DNA from: a virus
Taxonomy: Duplodnaviria; Caudoviricetes
DNA length: 64,000 nt
Virus record (IMG/VR): IMGVR_UViG_3300042431_000676
Span: 5,610 to 69,609 of that record
Reading direction: 5' to 3' (one strand)
Shown here: positions 26,589-35,400 of the stretch, in pieces
Layout: the number at the start of each line of letters is the position of its first letter
Numbering within the stretch: position 1 is the stretch's first letter
Made by a program: the position numbers and the translations under genes
Notes under the pieces: generated by a model
Seen by the model: only the letters and a program-made list of their open reading frames with translations
The model's database searches: none
Told to the model about the DNA's origin: nothing

Positions 26589-26892
26589 TGTTGTAGGACA
26601 CCAATATGAGTTGTCTAATTTTGAAAACAAAGACCAACAAGGTCAAATTTTACAATTTATTCACAAAGAACCAAAAGAAGAAGGTTCTACTGAATTAGTT
26701 ACTATTGCTGATGGTACTACAAATGAAGAAGTTTTAGAAGTATTGATTGACAGAATGAATTTCTTACAATCTAAATTTCCTTGTAGAGAAAATGCAATTG
26801 TAATCACAAAACTTGAAGAATCTTTAATGTGGCTTAATAAAAGAACACAAGATAGATTGAAAAGGAATGTAGAAGGAAAACAATTAAAGTAA
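26578..26892 (+). CDS. tad1: Tad1-like cyclic-nucleotide sponge (anti-Thoeris/anti-CBASS)
   Basis: GTTNEEVLEVLIDRMNFLQSKFPCRENAIVITKLEESLMWLNKRTQDRLKRNVEG matches the recalled Tad1 core (DRL..FQ..F..RENA.A.T..EEALMW...R..DR..RNV.G). Confidence 0.8.
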   Translation: MKNNVVGHQYELSNFENKDQQGQILQFIHKEPKEEGSTELVTIADGTTNEEVLEVLIDRMNFLQSKFPCRENAIVITKLEESLMWLNKRTQDRLKRNVEGKQLK

Positions 26893-27488
26893 TGGGTAAT
26901 ATAAAAAGATTTTCAAGTAGAAAAGAAGTTACTGAATTTCTTTCTACTAAAGGTATAGATACTTCAAATTGGTCAGAAGAAAAGTGGCTATCTCTAAATA
27001 AAGGTCAAGCTGAAATTCACATGATGGCACTTGCTGAATGTATTTATGATGCAGTAAATGAATCTACTCCAAGACAATTAAAAGCTGGTGAATGGCATGT
27101 TCCATTTGTAGATAGTTTTGAAAGTTATTCTAATGCAAATGCTGATGATATTGATAAATTAGTAAAAGATTTTCAATTGAATGATATTAAAATTTCAGTA
27201 GCTATGGCAGCAAGAACTTCTTATACAGTAGTAGGAGAAGAAAAAGAAATCAATTATGAAAACTTAATTGGTTTGCATGATAGATTATTAACTCAAGACC
27301 CACCTCATTCAAGTCCTTTTGAACATTGTGCAAGAGCTATGAGTGATGAAGAATACTTTACTGCTGTAAAGACTGTAAAAGGATTAAACAGAGAAAAAGC
27401 AATTGTACAAAAAGATTTGGGTTGGTGTAATAATCTAAAAGGATTTATAAATTATCGTTATTTTGTAGATAATAATATAAATTTGTAG
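26892..27488 (+). CDS. thyX: Flavin-dependent thymidylate synthase, C-terminal half
   Basis: QAEIHMMALA, EWHVPF, SVAMAARTSY, HSSPFEHCA, NLKGFINYR: C-terminal motifs of phage ThyX. Confidence 0.8.
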   Translation: MGNIKRFSSRKEVTEFLSTKGIDTSNWSEEKWLSLNKGQAEIHMMALAECIYDAVNESTPRQLKAGEWHVPFVDSFESYSNANADDIDKLVKDFQLNDIKISVAMAARTSYTVVGEEKEINYENLIGLHDRLLTQDPPHSSPFEHCARAMSDEEYFTAVKTVKGLNREKAIVQKDLGWCNNLKGFINYRYFVDNNINL

Positions 27489-27496
27489 TATATTTG
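27489..27496 (+). promoter_or_regulatory. -7 element upstream of the second endonuclease
   Basis: TATATTTG directly after the thyX-C stop, 20 nt before ATG. Confidence 0.5.
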
Positions 27497-27516
27497 TAAA
27501 AATTTTAAAGGTTTTT

Positions 27517-28191
27517 ATGAAAGTTATAGGTATTTATAAAATTACGAACTCTATAAATAATAAAATTTATATTGGCTCTTCTGTAGATATAAAAGCAAGA
27601 AAGTATTTACATCTTTCAATGTTGAAGAATAATAAACATCATTCCCCTATACTACAAAGAGTATATAATAAATATGGAAAAAATAGTTTAAAATTTGAAA
27701 TAATAGAATTATGTAAAGAAATAAATTTATTAGAAAGAGAACAATATTATATTGATACCTTAAAACCTGAATATAATTGTTGTCAAATAGCAGGAAGAAC
27801 AAATGGTTTGATAAGTAATAAAAGAAAACCTATTATTCAATATGATTTAGATGGTAATTTTATTCAGGTTTTTAATTGTTTACAAGATATTATGACTACA
27901 TTAAGTCTTACTAATAGCTCTAAAATTACTAAAGTATGCAGATTAGAAAGAAGAAAAGCATATAATTTTGTTTGGAGATATTTAGGAGATGATTTTATTC
28001 CATTTTCTTATAGAAAAAGAAAAGGTGTAAGTATTGCAGAAATAAATGATAGAGGAGAAATAATTAAACAATGGGAAACAATTAAAGAATGTGCTGAAGA
28101 GTTAAACACTACTTCTTCATTACTTTGTAATATATTATCTACTAAAACAAGAGCTAAAACATTTAAAGGTAAAATTTTTAAAAGAATATAA
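27517..28191 (+). CDS. Free-standing GIY-YIG homing endonuclease with NUMOD1-like repeats
   Basis: IGIYKITNSINNKIYIGSS...R...H...LEREQYYID...YN; QYDLDGNFI and KAYNFVWRY. Confidence 0.9.
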   Translation: MKVIGIYKITNSINNKIYIGSSVDIKARKYLHLSMLKNNKHHSPILQRVYNKYGKNSLKFEIIELCKEINLLEREQYYIDTLKPEYNCCQIAGRTNGLISNKRKPIIQYDLDGNFIQVFNCLQDIMTTLSLTNSSKITKVCRLERRKAYNFVWRYLGDDFIPFSYRKRKGVSIAEINDRGEIIKQWETIKECAEELNTTSSLLCNILSTKTRAKTFKGKIFKRI

Positions 28192-28220
28192 ACACTAAAC
28201 TTAATTTAAAAACAAAAATT

Positions 28221-28505
28221 ATGAAGGTAATTGGTAGAAGAGTTCTTGTAGAACAAACAATGACTAAAAAACAAACTAAAATTATATTAACTGGTAAATC
28301 TGCTCCAGAGGAAACATTTGATATAACTTTTAAAGTTTTACAGTTAGGAGAAGAATGTCCAGAAGGTGTTATAAATATAGGAGATGTACCTATTTTTACA
28401 AAACATGTGGATTTTCATGGAGCAAAAATTATAGAAGAAACAAAAGATGTGAAAACTGTTTTACATACTATTGTATTCTATGATGAAATTATTGGTGTAG
28501 AATAA
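28221..28505 (+). CDS. groES: GroES-like co-chaperonin
   Basis: VIGRRVLVE, IIL mobile loop, VLQLG, IGDV, EIIGV; 94 aa. Confidence 0.65.
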   Translation: MKVIGRRVLVEQTMTKKQTKIILTGKSAPEETFDITFKVLQLGEECPEGVINIGDVPIFTKHVDFHGAKIIEETKDVKTVLHTIVFYDEIIGVE

Positions 28506-28518
28506 CTAAAAATTCAAA

Positions 28519-29097
28519 ATGGAAAAAATTAAAACAATTGCTGATTATCAGCAATTAGCAAAAAGAACTTGTGTAGATTTAGAATCTTATGACAAGAATC
28601 AAAATCACATGTGGTTAGGAATTACTACAGAAGTTGGAGAAATACTTGATGTATGTAAAAAGAATTTAGCTTATTCAAAACTTGTTGATGTAGTTAATAT
28701 AGGAGAAGAAATTGCTGATAAAATGTGGTATATTGCTAATAAAGCTAATCTTGAAGGATTAATTTTATTAGATGATATTACAGAAGTTGATGAGACTTTA
28801 TGGTTGAATCTATGTAGTGTTTATGATGATTTTATTAAAATTCCTGAAAGAACTACTGATGTTAAAGTTAATTTTACTATTCAATTTTACAAAGATTTCT
28901 TTGGTAATCTTGATATGTTGAACACTTTTGATTTACTTACAGTAACTAAATTTCTTTCTGATTTTTGGCAATTTGATTTTTATCAATTACTTACAAATAA
29001 TATTAACAAATTACAAGTAAGGTACCCTGAAAAATTTACTAATGAAGCTGCTTTAAATAGAAATTTAGAAGCTGAAAGAGTGGAATTAGAAAAATAA
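28519..29097 (+). CDS. mazG: MazG-like nucleotide pyrophosphohydrolase
   Basis: YQQLAKRT, LGITTEVGEILDVCKK, EEIADKMWY, NINKLQVRYPEKF. Confidence 0.85.
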   Translation: MEKIKTIADYQQLAKRTCVDLESYDKNQNHMWLGITTEVGEILDVCKKNLAYSKLVDVVNIGEEIADKMWYIANKANLEGLILLDDITEVDETLWLNLCSVYDDFIKIPERTTDVKVNFTIQFYKDFFGNLDMLNTFDLLTVTKFLSDFWQFDFYQLLTNNINKLQVRYPEKFTNEAALNRNLEAERVELEK

Positions 29098-29103
29098 TCT
29101 TAT

Positions 29104-29127
29104 AGAGGAGTAGAAATACTCCTCTTT
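29104..29127 (+). terminator. Probable terminator hairpin
   Basis: agaggagta-gaaa-tactcctct with short T-run. Confidence 0.65.
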
Positions 29128-29141
29128 ATAAATATCATATT

Positions 29142-29459
29142 ATGCTAACAGAATTAAAAGAACAAGCTCAAGAATTATTAGATTTTGGAGATTCAAGAGA
29201 AAAAGCTAAAGGTTATGGTATGATGAAAGTCATAGAATTAGTTGAAAATGATTACTATCCAAAATCTCGAAGTATATCTTGGTCTGTAGAAGACCTTAAA
29301 CATCAAGCTGAAAATTTAAAAGGTTTTAGTCCTGATTTAGATTTTGATGAGACAAAATTTGAAGAAGTTTTAGAAATGATTATTCATAAACATGATGCCA
29401 ATATTGGTATTAATTGGGATGTCATTCAAATTTATTTAATGGAACATTGTAAAAAATAA
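29142..29459 (+). CDS. Hypothetical protein
   Basis: 105-aa ORF. Confidence 0.65.
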   Translation: MLTELKEQAQELLDFGDSREKAKGYGMMKVIELVENDYYPKSRSISWSVEDLKHQAENLKGFSPDLDFDETKFEEVLEMIIHKHDANIGINWDVIQIYLMEHCKK

Positions 29460-29463
29460 AAAT

Positions 29464-30225
29464 ATGACAACACTTGAACAAATAGAATTTGAAAAAGATT
29501 TAAAAATAATGAGAAAAGTTTACATTATCATATCTATTATAGTAATTGCTATATTATTATTTAGAGGATGTGAAATGGAAAGACAAGGTGGTATATCAGT
29601 AGCATTAAATCAGAGTTTGAAAGATAGTTTAAATACTTATAAAACAAAAGATGGTTTAAATGCTGCTAAAATATCAGTATTTGAAGCAGATAAGGAAAAA
29701 GATTTCATTAGTTTAGCTACAAAAGACACAACTATACAAAAATTACAGAAACTTGTAGAAAGTAATAAATCTAAAATACATAGACAAGGTAGCATATCAA
29801 TTATCAACACAGAAACAAATGTAGGTACTACAGTTGCAACAAAAGTAATAGATAGTATATTACCATCAGATTCTATAAAAAGTCCTGTATATGCTTCTAA
29901 TTTCAATTTAAAAGGTTGGATAAAAGGAAGCACAATTGCTACAAAAGATAGTACCTCAATAAAACTTACTTATAAAGAAGAGTTAAATCTGATTATAGGT
30001 AAAGAAAAAACAGGTTTTCTTGGGTTAGGTAAAGGTAAAACCTTTGCTGATGTAGTATTATTAAATCCTTATAGTGAAGTAAAGCAAATGAGAGTTTATA
30101 GTACAAAAGAACCAGCAGCTAAAAGAATAACAATTGGACCAGGTGTCTATTATGGAATTGGAAATAGCTTTCAACCACAAATATTTATTGGGATTGGTGT
30201 AACTTGGAAATTAATTGCTTTTTAA
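29464..30225 (+). CDS. Membrane-anchored protein, candidate spanin
   Basis: N-terminal hydrophobic helix ending LLFRGC, coiled segment, C-terminal amphipathic beta-hairpin ending WKLIAF. Confidence 0.5.
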   Translation: MTTLEQIEFEKDLKIMRKVYIIISIIVIAILLFRGCEMERQGGISVALNQSLKDSLNTYKTKDGLNAAKISVFEADKEKDFISLATKDTTIQKLQKLVESNKSKIHRQGSISIINTETNVGTTVATKVIDSILPSDSIKSPVYASNFNLKGWIKGSTIATKDSTSIKLTYKEELNLIIGKEKTGFLGLGKGKTFADVVLLNPYSEVKQMRVYSTKEPAAKRITIGPGVYYGIGNSFQPQIFIGIGVTWKLIAF

Positions 30226-30227
30226 TT

Positions 30228-30428
30228 ATGAGTTTACATGAAACAGTTTCTAATAAAGAAAGACCTTGTTATAAATGTATTGAATCAATTAATACTATGG
30301 TAGATTATTATGGTATGCAGCAATTAAGAGATAAGTTTAATATAGGTTGGGAATATTCTATTAGTTATGTAGAATCAAGAATTAGAAATCCAATTGAAAT
30401 TAAAAAACATTTTATAATTTTAGAATGA
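30228..30428 (+). CDS. Hypothetical protein
   Basis: Short ORF; ATG at 30228. Confidence 0.5.
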   Translation: MSLHETVSNKERPCYKCIESINTMVDYYGMQQLRDKFNIGWEYSISYVESRIRNPIEIKKHFIILE

Positions 30429-30745
30429 TGGAAGAAGTTATTTGGTGTTATTCTCTGAAAGACCATAATACAATCTTTATTTTTAGAAGTTTACCTCATA
30501 AAGAAATTGAAATAGATTTAAGAAATATCTTTAATTCTATAAATGAAAAAGGTATCAAATTAACTGTCAATGAAGATTTATTATTAAAATCTTTACTAAC
30601 AGATTATAGTCAAACTCATAGGTGTAAAACTTGTAAATATCTATTAAAAACTCAACCAAATAAAAGAATTATGCATAAATGTGCTGTAACTGGAAAAGAT
30701 GTTACTTTACAAATGAAAGCATGTAAAGAATTTAAAGAAAATTAA
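30425..30745 (+). CDS. Cys-rich hypothetical protein
   Basis: CKTC...KC...ACKEF. Confidence 0.6.
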   Translation: MMEEVIWCYSLKDHNTIFIFRSLPHKEIEIDLRNIFNSINEKGIKLTVNEDLLLKSLLTDYSQTHRCKTCKYLLKTQPNKRIMHKCAVTGKDVTLQMKACKEFKEN

Positions 30746-30747
30746 TT

Positions 30748-31332
30748 ATGGTAGATAATTTAAAATTAATATTACCTTTCTTAAAATTTGAATCAGCAGA
30801 TGATTTTTATTATCTTCAAGTTTTACAGAGAAAGAAAGAGAACCCTCAAATCGGTAGTAATAGTAGAGTAATTAAAAATTACTATATTAATTCAGAAGAA
30901 TATTTAATTAATCATTATGATGAAATTAAAAAACTATGTGAAGTTTTTAATGCAAGAGCTTCTATTAGATTAAATAAAAGGTCTTATGAAGAAGTAGGAT
31001 TTAAAACTATGGTAAATGTAGCTAATACAATGTCTAATAGAGAATATCAATTTCTTAAAGCATCTTATGATAGAGCTTGTGGTTTAGGTCATAATGATGA
31101 TGAAAAGAAATGGATTCTTGATATTGATGGAATAATGAACTATAATGAAATTTTTAGGATGGAGGAAATAATTGAAAAAGCAGAACCACCTCATAAAAAG
31201 ATTATTGTGTATATTCCTTCTAAATCAGGTTTACATCTTATAACTAAACCATTTGATTTAAGAGAATTTACTTCTCATTATCCAGAAATTGAAGTTCATA
31301 AAGATAATCCAACTAATTTATATATTCCTTAA
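30748..31332 (+). CDS. AEP (primase-polymerase) superfamily-like protein
   Basis: WILDID (hhhDhD) and PSKSGLHLI (sxxGxH) motifs. Confidence 0.5.
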   Translation: MVDNLKLILPFLKFESADDFYYLQVLQRKKENPQIGSNSRVIKNYYINSEEYLINHYDEIKKLCEVFNARASIRLNKRSYEEVGFKTMVNVANTMSNREYQFLKASYDRACGLGHNDDEKKWILDIDGIMNYNEIFRMEEIIEKAEPPHKKIIVYIPSKSGLHLITKPFDLREFTSHYPEIEVHKDNPTNLYIP

Positions 31333-31333
31333 A

Positions 31334-31522
31334 ATGAATACAGTAGAAAACAGAAAATCAGATTATGTTTGTGTTGAATGTGGTGTACCTTATTTAACTG
31401 ATAAACAAAAAGAAGAAGGAGGTTGTACTACATTTCATAAAGGAATTTGTGGTATATGTGAAGAAGAAAAATCTATTACACATATAAGAACTTATAATTA
31501 TTTACAAAAAAAAGATAAATAA
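31334..31522 (+). CDS. Small zinc-finger protein
   Basis: CVEC...CGIC. Confidence 0.55.
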   Translation: MNTVENRKSDYVCVECGVPYLTDKQKEEGGCTTFHKGICGICEEEKSITHIRTYNYLQKKDK

Positions 31523-31545
31523 TTTTTTTATTAAATAAAACTTTA

Positions 31546-31553
31546 TATATTTG
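31546..31553 (+). promoter_or_regulatory. -7 promoter element for the tRNA cluster
   Basis: TATATTTG in an intergenic AT-rich region. Confidence 0.6.
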
Positions 31554-31649
31554 CAGCATGAAAACAAATCAATCATATCAATTCAATTTTAACCATGAGA
31601 GCAATCTCAAGGAGGATGATTTGGTATAATTAATATTTATATCTTGTTT

Positions 31650-31685
31650 AAAAATCCTCTACTGACATAGAGGATTTTTTGTTTT
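31650..31685 (+). terminator. Terminator/attenuator hairpin in the tRNA leader
   Basis: aaaaatcctcta-ctgaca-tagaggattttt followed by Ts. Confidence 0.75.
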
Positions 31686-31754
31686 GGGAGTAATTCTTTG
31701 GAGAAACCAGCTCTGTAAAAGCTCAAATAGTAGGTTCGATGCCTTCTACTCCCA
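31686..31754 (+). tRNA. Atypical tRNA-Tyr(GTA)-like gene
   Basis: Acceptor gggagta/tactccc, loop ctGTAaa, T-loop ttcgatg; shrunken D-arm, 4-bp anticodon stem, short variable region. Confidence 0.5.
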
Positions 31755-31764
31755 CAAAATAAAT

Positions 31765-31836
31765 TGGTGATTAGCTCAATGGTAGAGCATCTGACTGTTA
31801 ATCAGAAGGTTGTAGGTTCAAGTCCTACATCATCAG
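31765..31836 (+). tRNA. tRNA-Asn(GTT)
   Basis: Canonical cloverleaf; tctga-ctGTTaa-tcaga; gtagg-ttcaagt-cctac. Confidence 0.95.
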
Positions 31837-31926
31837 CAAACAGATAGTGTTCCCTGATATACGGAGTAAGCAACTGTGGATAAACTAAATAGGCTACAAT
31901 TAATGGGAAAAATAGTATATCAAATT

Positions 31927-31997
31927 AAATCTATGGTGTAATGGTAGCACAACAGTTTTTGGAGCTGTTTGTATTGGTTCAAATCCAGTTAGATTTA
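31927..31997 (+). tRNA. tRNA-Gln(TTG)
   Basis: aaatcta/tagattt; acagt-ttTTGga-gctgt; attgg-ttcaaat-ccagt. Confidence 0.88.
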
Positions 31998-32003
31998 CAA
32001 TTT

Positions 32004-32075
32004 GCTGCATTAGTGAAGGGGTTATCACATCACACTTTCTATGTGAGGTCAGGGGTTCAAATCCCCTATGCAGTA
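32004..32075 (+). tRNA. tRNA-Glu(TTC)
   Basis: gctgcat/atgcagt; tcaca-ctTTCta-tgtga; agggg-ttcaaat-cccct. Confidence 0.9.
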
Positions 32076-32173
32076 CAAAAAATAATAAATAACCTACCCA
32101 ATGGTTTTGTATGAGTGGTTGGAAGCAATACAACATAAGAATTTTGATTAATTCGGTATTTATTATTTTATAA

Positions 32174-32246
32174 GGGAAGATAGCATAGGTGGTCAATGCA
32201 CTGGTTTGAAGAACCAGCCATTCAGGTTCAACTCCTGGTCTTCCCA
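32174..32246 (+). tRNA. tRNA-Phe(GAA)
   Basis: gggaaga/tcttccc; ctggt-ttGAAga-accag; tcagg-ttcaact-cctgg. Confidence 0.88.
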
Positions 32247-32326
32247 CTAAACTACAAGATTTAGGATAGGTAGGAATCCTATAATTAAAAGATGTTCACC
32301 CTAATGAGTAGTTTTTTACACAATAT

Positions 32327-32380
32327 AAATGCACACATTTTCCATTTTACTATATTTTCGGAAAATGTGTGCATTTTTTA
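32327..32380. terminator. Bidirectional terminator at the strand-convergence point
   Basis: 17-bp perfect inverted repeat aaatgcacacattttcc/ggaaaatgtgtgcattt between convergent + and - modules. Confidence 0.8.
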
Positions 32381-32401
32381 TTACCTCACTTTTACTTTTT
32401 T

Positions 32402-35400
32402 TTATTCTTCATCTACAGATTTATTTTGCTCTTCATCATAATTATCTCTGTCTATTTTAAATTCATCTCCAAGTTCTTCTTTAATTTCTTTATCAATTAC
32501 ATCTTGTTCTACTTCTGGTAATTCATCATATTCTACATTATTTTCTGTTTCATATTCTTCAAGAAGTTCTTGTATTTTTAATTGTTTTTCTTCTTTCAAT
32601 TCTTTCTTATCATCTTTAAAGTCAGAATTAAATATACCATCTAATCCTTCTGATTTATCCCATTCAGTAAGCATAGAATTTTCAAATCCAAATCTATAAG
32701 TATCATGTCCTAAATCTCTAAATAAAGCAGGTACAAACATTGATGCTGCTGCATTTCTTAATTTATTTTGTCCTTGTCTTGGTCCTTTTTGAATTTCTTC
32801 TGTAGGACTACATAAAGCAACACCTAACTTTATTATACTTTTTAATTGTCCTTCAATACCACCTTCTGAACCAGCTTTCCATAAAGCAGCAGGGTCTGTA
32901 CCAAATGAAGATTCATTAAATGTACCAGTAATCATATTTTCAAGAAAATTATAAGTATGATTTCCTTCTGCTCTTCTTAATTTTTGAGCTTCATATTTAG
33001 CTCTTTGTTCTGTACCTTCTTCTCCTTTTGGTTCATCATCTTCATTATCTTTAAGAAATGCTTGAATAGCAATCTTAACTAACATAAGTATAGCTAAATG
33101 TTGCATATTTCTACCCATTGCTCTTAAATCTTTCTTTTCTTGGTCAGTAAGATTATGTTCAGATTTAAACTCAACAGGTTTTATAAGTTCTTTACCAAAT
33201 ATAGTATTTATAGGCATTTCAGCTAAAGCAACAGGATTAATCATTTTTAACCAATACATTGCTTGTTGTACTATAGCAATAGGTTCAGTATTATTAACTA
33301 ATGTTGTGTTTCTATTTTTATGTGCTATATATTTTGTATAACCAAATCCAAATCCTAAAGAAGCAACAAAACCAGCAATCAAAATAGGTGAAGCTGTTAC
33401 CATTCCTAATGCTCCTGTAGTTGCTAACATTAAACCAGCAGCAACAGAAGTTTTCTTATTAAGTAAACTTGATAACATAAAACCTGTTTCAATTTCTCCA
33501 GTAAGAACATTTTTTTGTTGATATTTCCATCTTGCTCCTATGTATTCTGGAATCCAAGTTTTAAAAGTCATTAATGGTCTTGTAAATAAGCTACCTTTAA
33601 TTCTTGTAACACCTTCTTTAGTATAATCTCCATTCATACTATTATTCATAGCTCTAACATTTAACTTCCAATCAGAAATATTTTTTGAAGTCATAGTAAT
33701 TAAATGTTCTCTATTTGTTGGAGTATCAAATTCAGGTTTTAATTCTAAAACACCATTGTTATTAACATAAGGTATAAAATCACTACCATTAAATAAAGGA
33801 TATTTAGCAGGATTTCCATTAGCATCTTTTTCAGTAGCATGTTCTATTTCAACATCCATAGCCATAGCTAATATACCTTTAGCTTGATTTCGATATTCTA
33901 CTTTTTCTGTAATAAACATAGGTTGCATCCAACCAGCTCTATTTTTTATTTCAGCTTCTGCTTTCTGTAATTCATTAGTTCCTGTTTCAACAATACCTAA
34001 TTTCTCTATAAATAATTTAGCTGTTTCCCATTTTTGTTTATAGGTAGGATTAACATGTCTTATTGAACCTAAATCAACAAAATGTTGAACAGGATAAATA
34101 TTACCTCTTTGCCAGAATACTCCATCTCTATTTAATGTAGTAATAAAACCTTGTTTATAGTTATTTACTCCAGCAAGTAAATTATATCCTAAACCTACTT
34201 TTACTCTTAATTTATTTACTATATTATCAAATAAAGCACTAATCATATAGTCTTTACCAAGTAATTCAATTCTTTGGTGTAAAGCAGCTTTTTCAATATT
34301 TAATTGTTCAACTTTTTTAGGAGAAGTAGTTTGAGAAATTTCATTTTCTAACTGTTTTATTCTCTCAATAGCTGAATCATAGATACCTTTTTCTTCTTTA
34401 TTGAAATTCTTATAAAATATTTTACCTACAACAGGAGCATTAAAATGTTCTTTGTTTAATGAGGTTCTTAATATTGTACTAATATTATTTACTCCTCCTG
34501 GATGGTCTTTTTGATTTTTATTAAGAATTACTTTTTCATAGAAGAAATCTTGTCTTTTTAGTTCATTTTCTCTTACATCATCTTTTTTTTGATGCCAACC
34601 ATTATCTTTTGTCAAAATGTCAGCACTTTTCATTCTATAAATGTTTGTCTCATTTTTTGATGCTGCTCTTGCTTTATGGTCTGCTGATAACTCTAACAAT
34701 CCTTTTATTACTGCTGGTAAATTCAAAGATTGTTGTTCCATATTCTTTATTTTAGAAAATATTTTCAAATCTCCTGCTCCAAATATACCATTTGTAGAAT
34801 CTAAATTATCTAAAAATTCAGTAGCATTTTGCATACCTGTAACAGCAAGTATTTTATCTTGTTGTTCTAAAGATAAGGAGTTCCAATGTATTACTGTGTT
34901 ATCCATCAAGGTTTTACCTAAAATATTAGATACATCAGTTTTTAATAAAGCAAAATCTTTACTTACCTCACTTTCTATTGTTTTTATTTGATGTGCAAGT
35001 TGAACATATTCTGATTCATTATGTTTATAATTCTTTGCACTAATTATACTTTTAAATAAACCAAGTAAATTAGTGTATTTACTAAATGCTTCTTTCAACT
35101 GTGTTTTAAATGATTTATCTAATACTTGTTTAGTTATACCTTCTTTAAAACTCAATATAGAATTGTGTTTTACTTTTAAATCTGAATCTACAAGATTTTC
35201 ATTTATTAGTTCTACACCTTGTTTCATTCTTTTCCAGAAATCATACATAATTGGATTGTTCTCAATGTCTTTAAAATTTTCATCAAAAAATCCTGTATCT
35301 ATTCCTAAATTATTTTGTACTTTAGGAATATAACCATTAAATTTTATATAAGAAGGTTTTGCATCTTTTTGAGTACCATAATTAAGTTCTACCATACCAG

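Noticed and set aside
25870-26891. Group I intron interrupting thyX
   Set aside because: No recognisable P/Q/R/S core, insert almost entirely coding, and both halves have their own start and stop; not formally excluded without RT-PCR
31686-31754. Pyrrolysine or amber-suppressor tRNA
   Set aside because: Compact shape is reminiscent, but the anticodon loop reads GTA, not CTA, and there is no recoding evidence
31900-32247. 115-aa minus-strand ORF
   Set aside because: Antisense shadow of the tRNA genes
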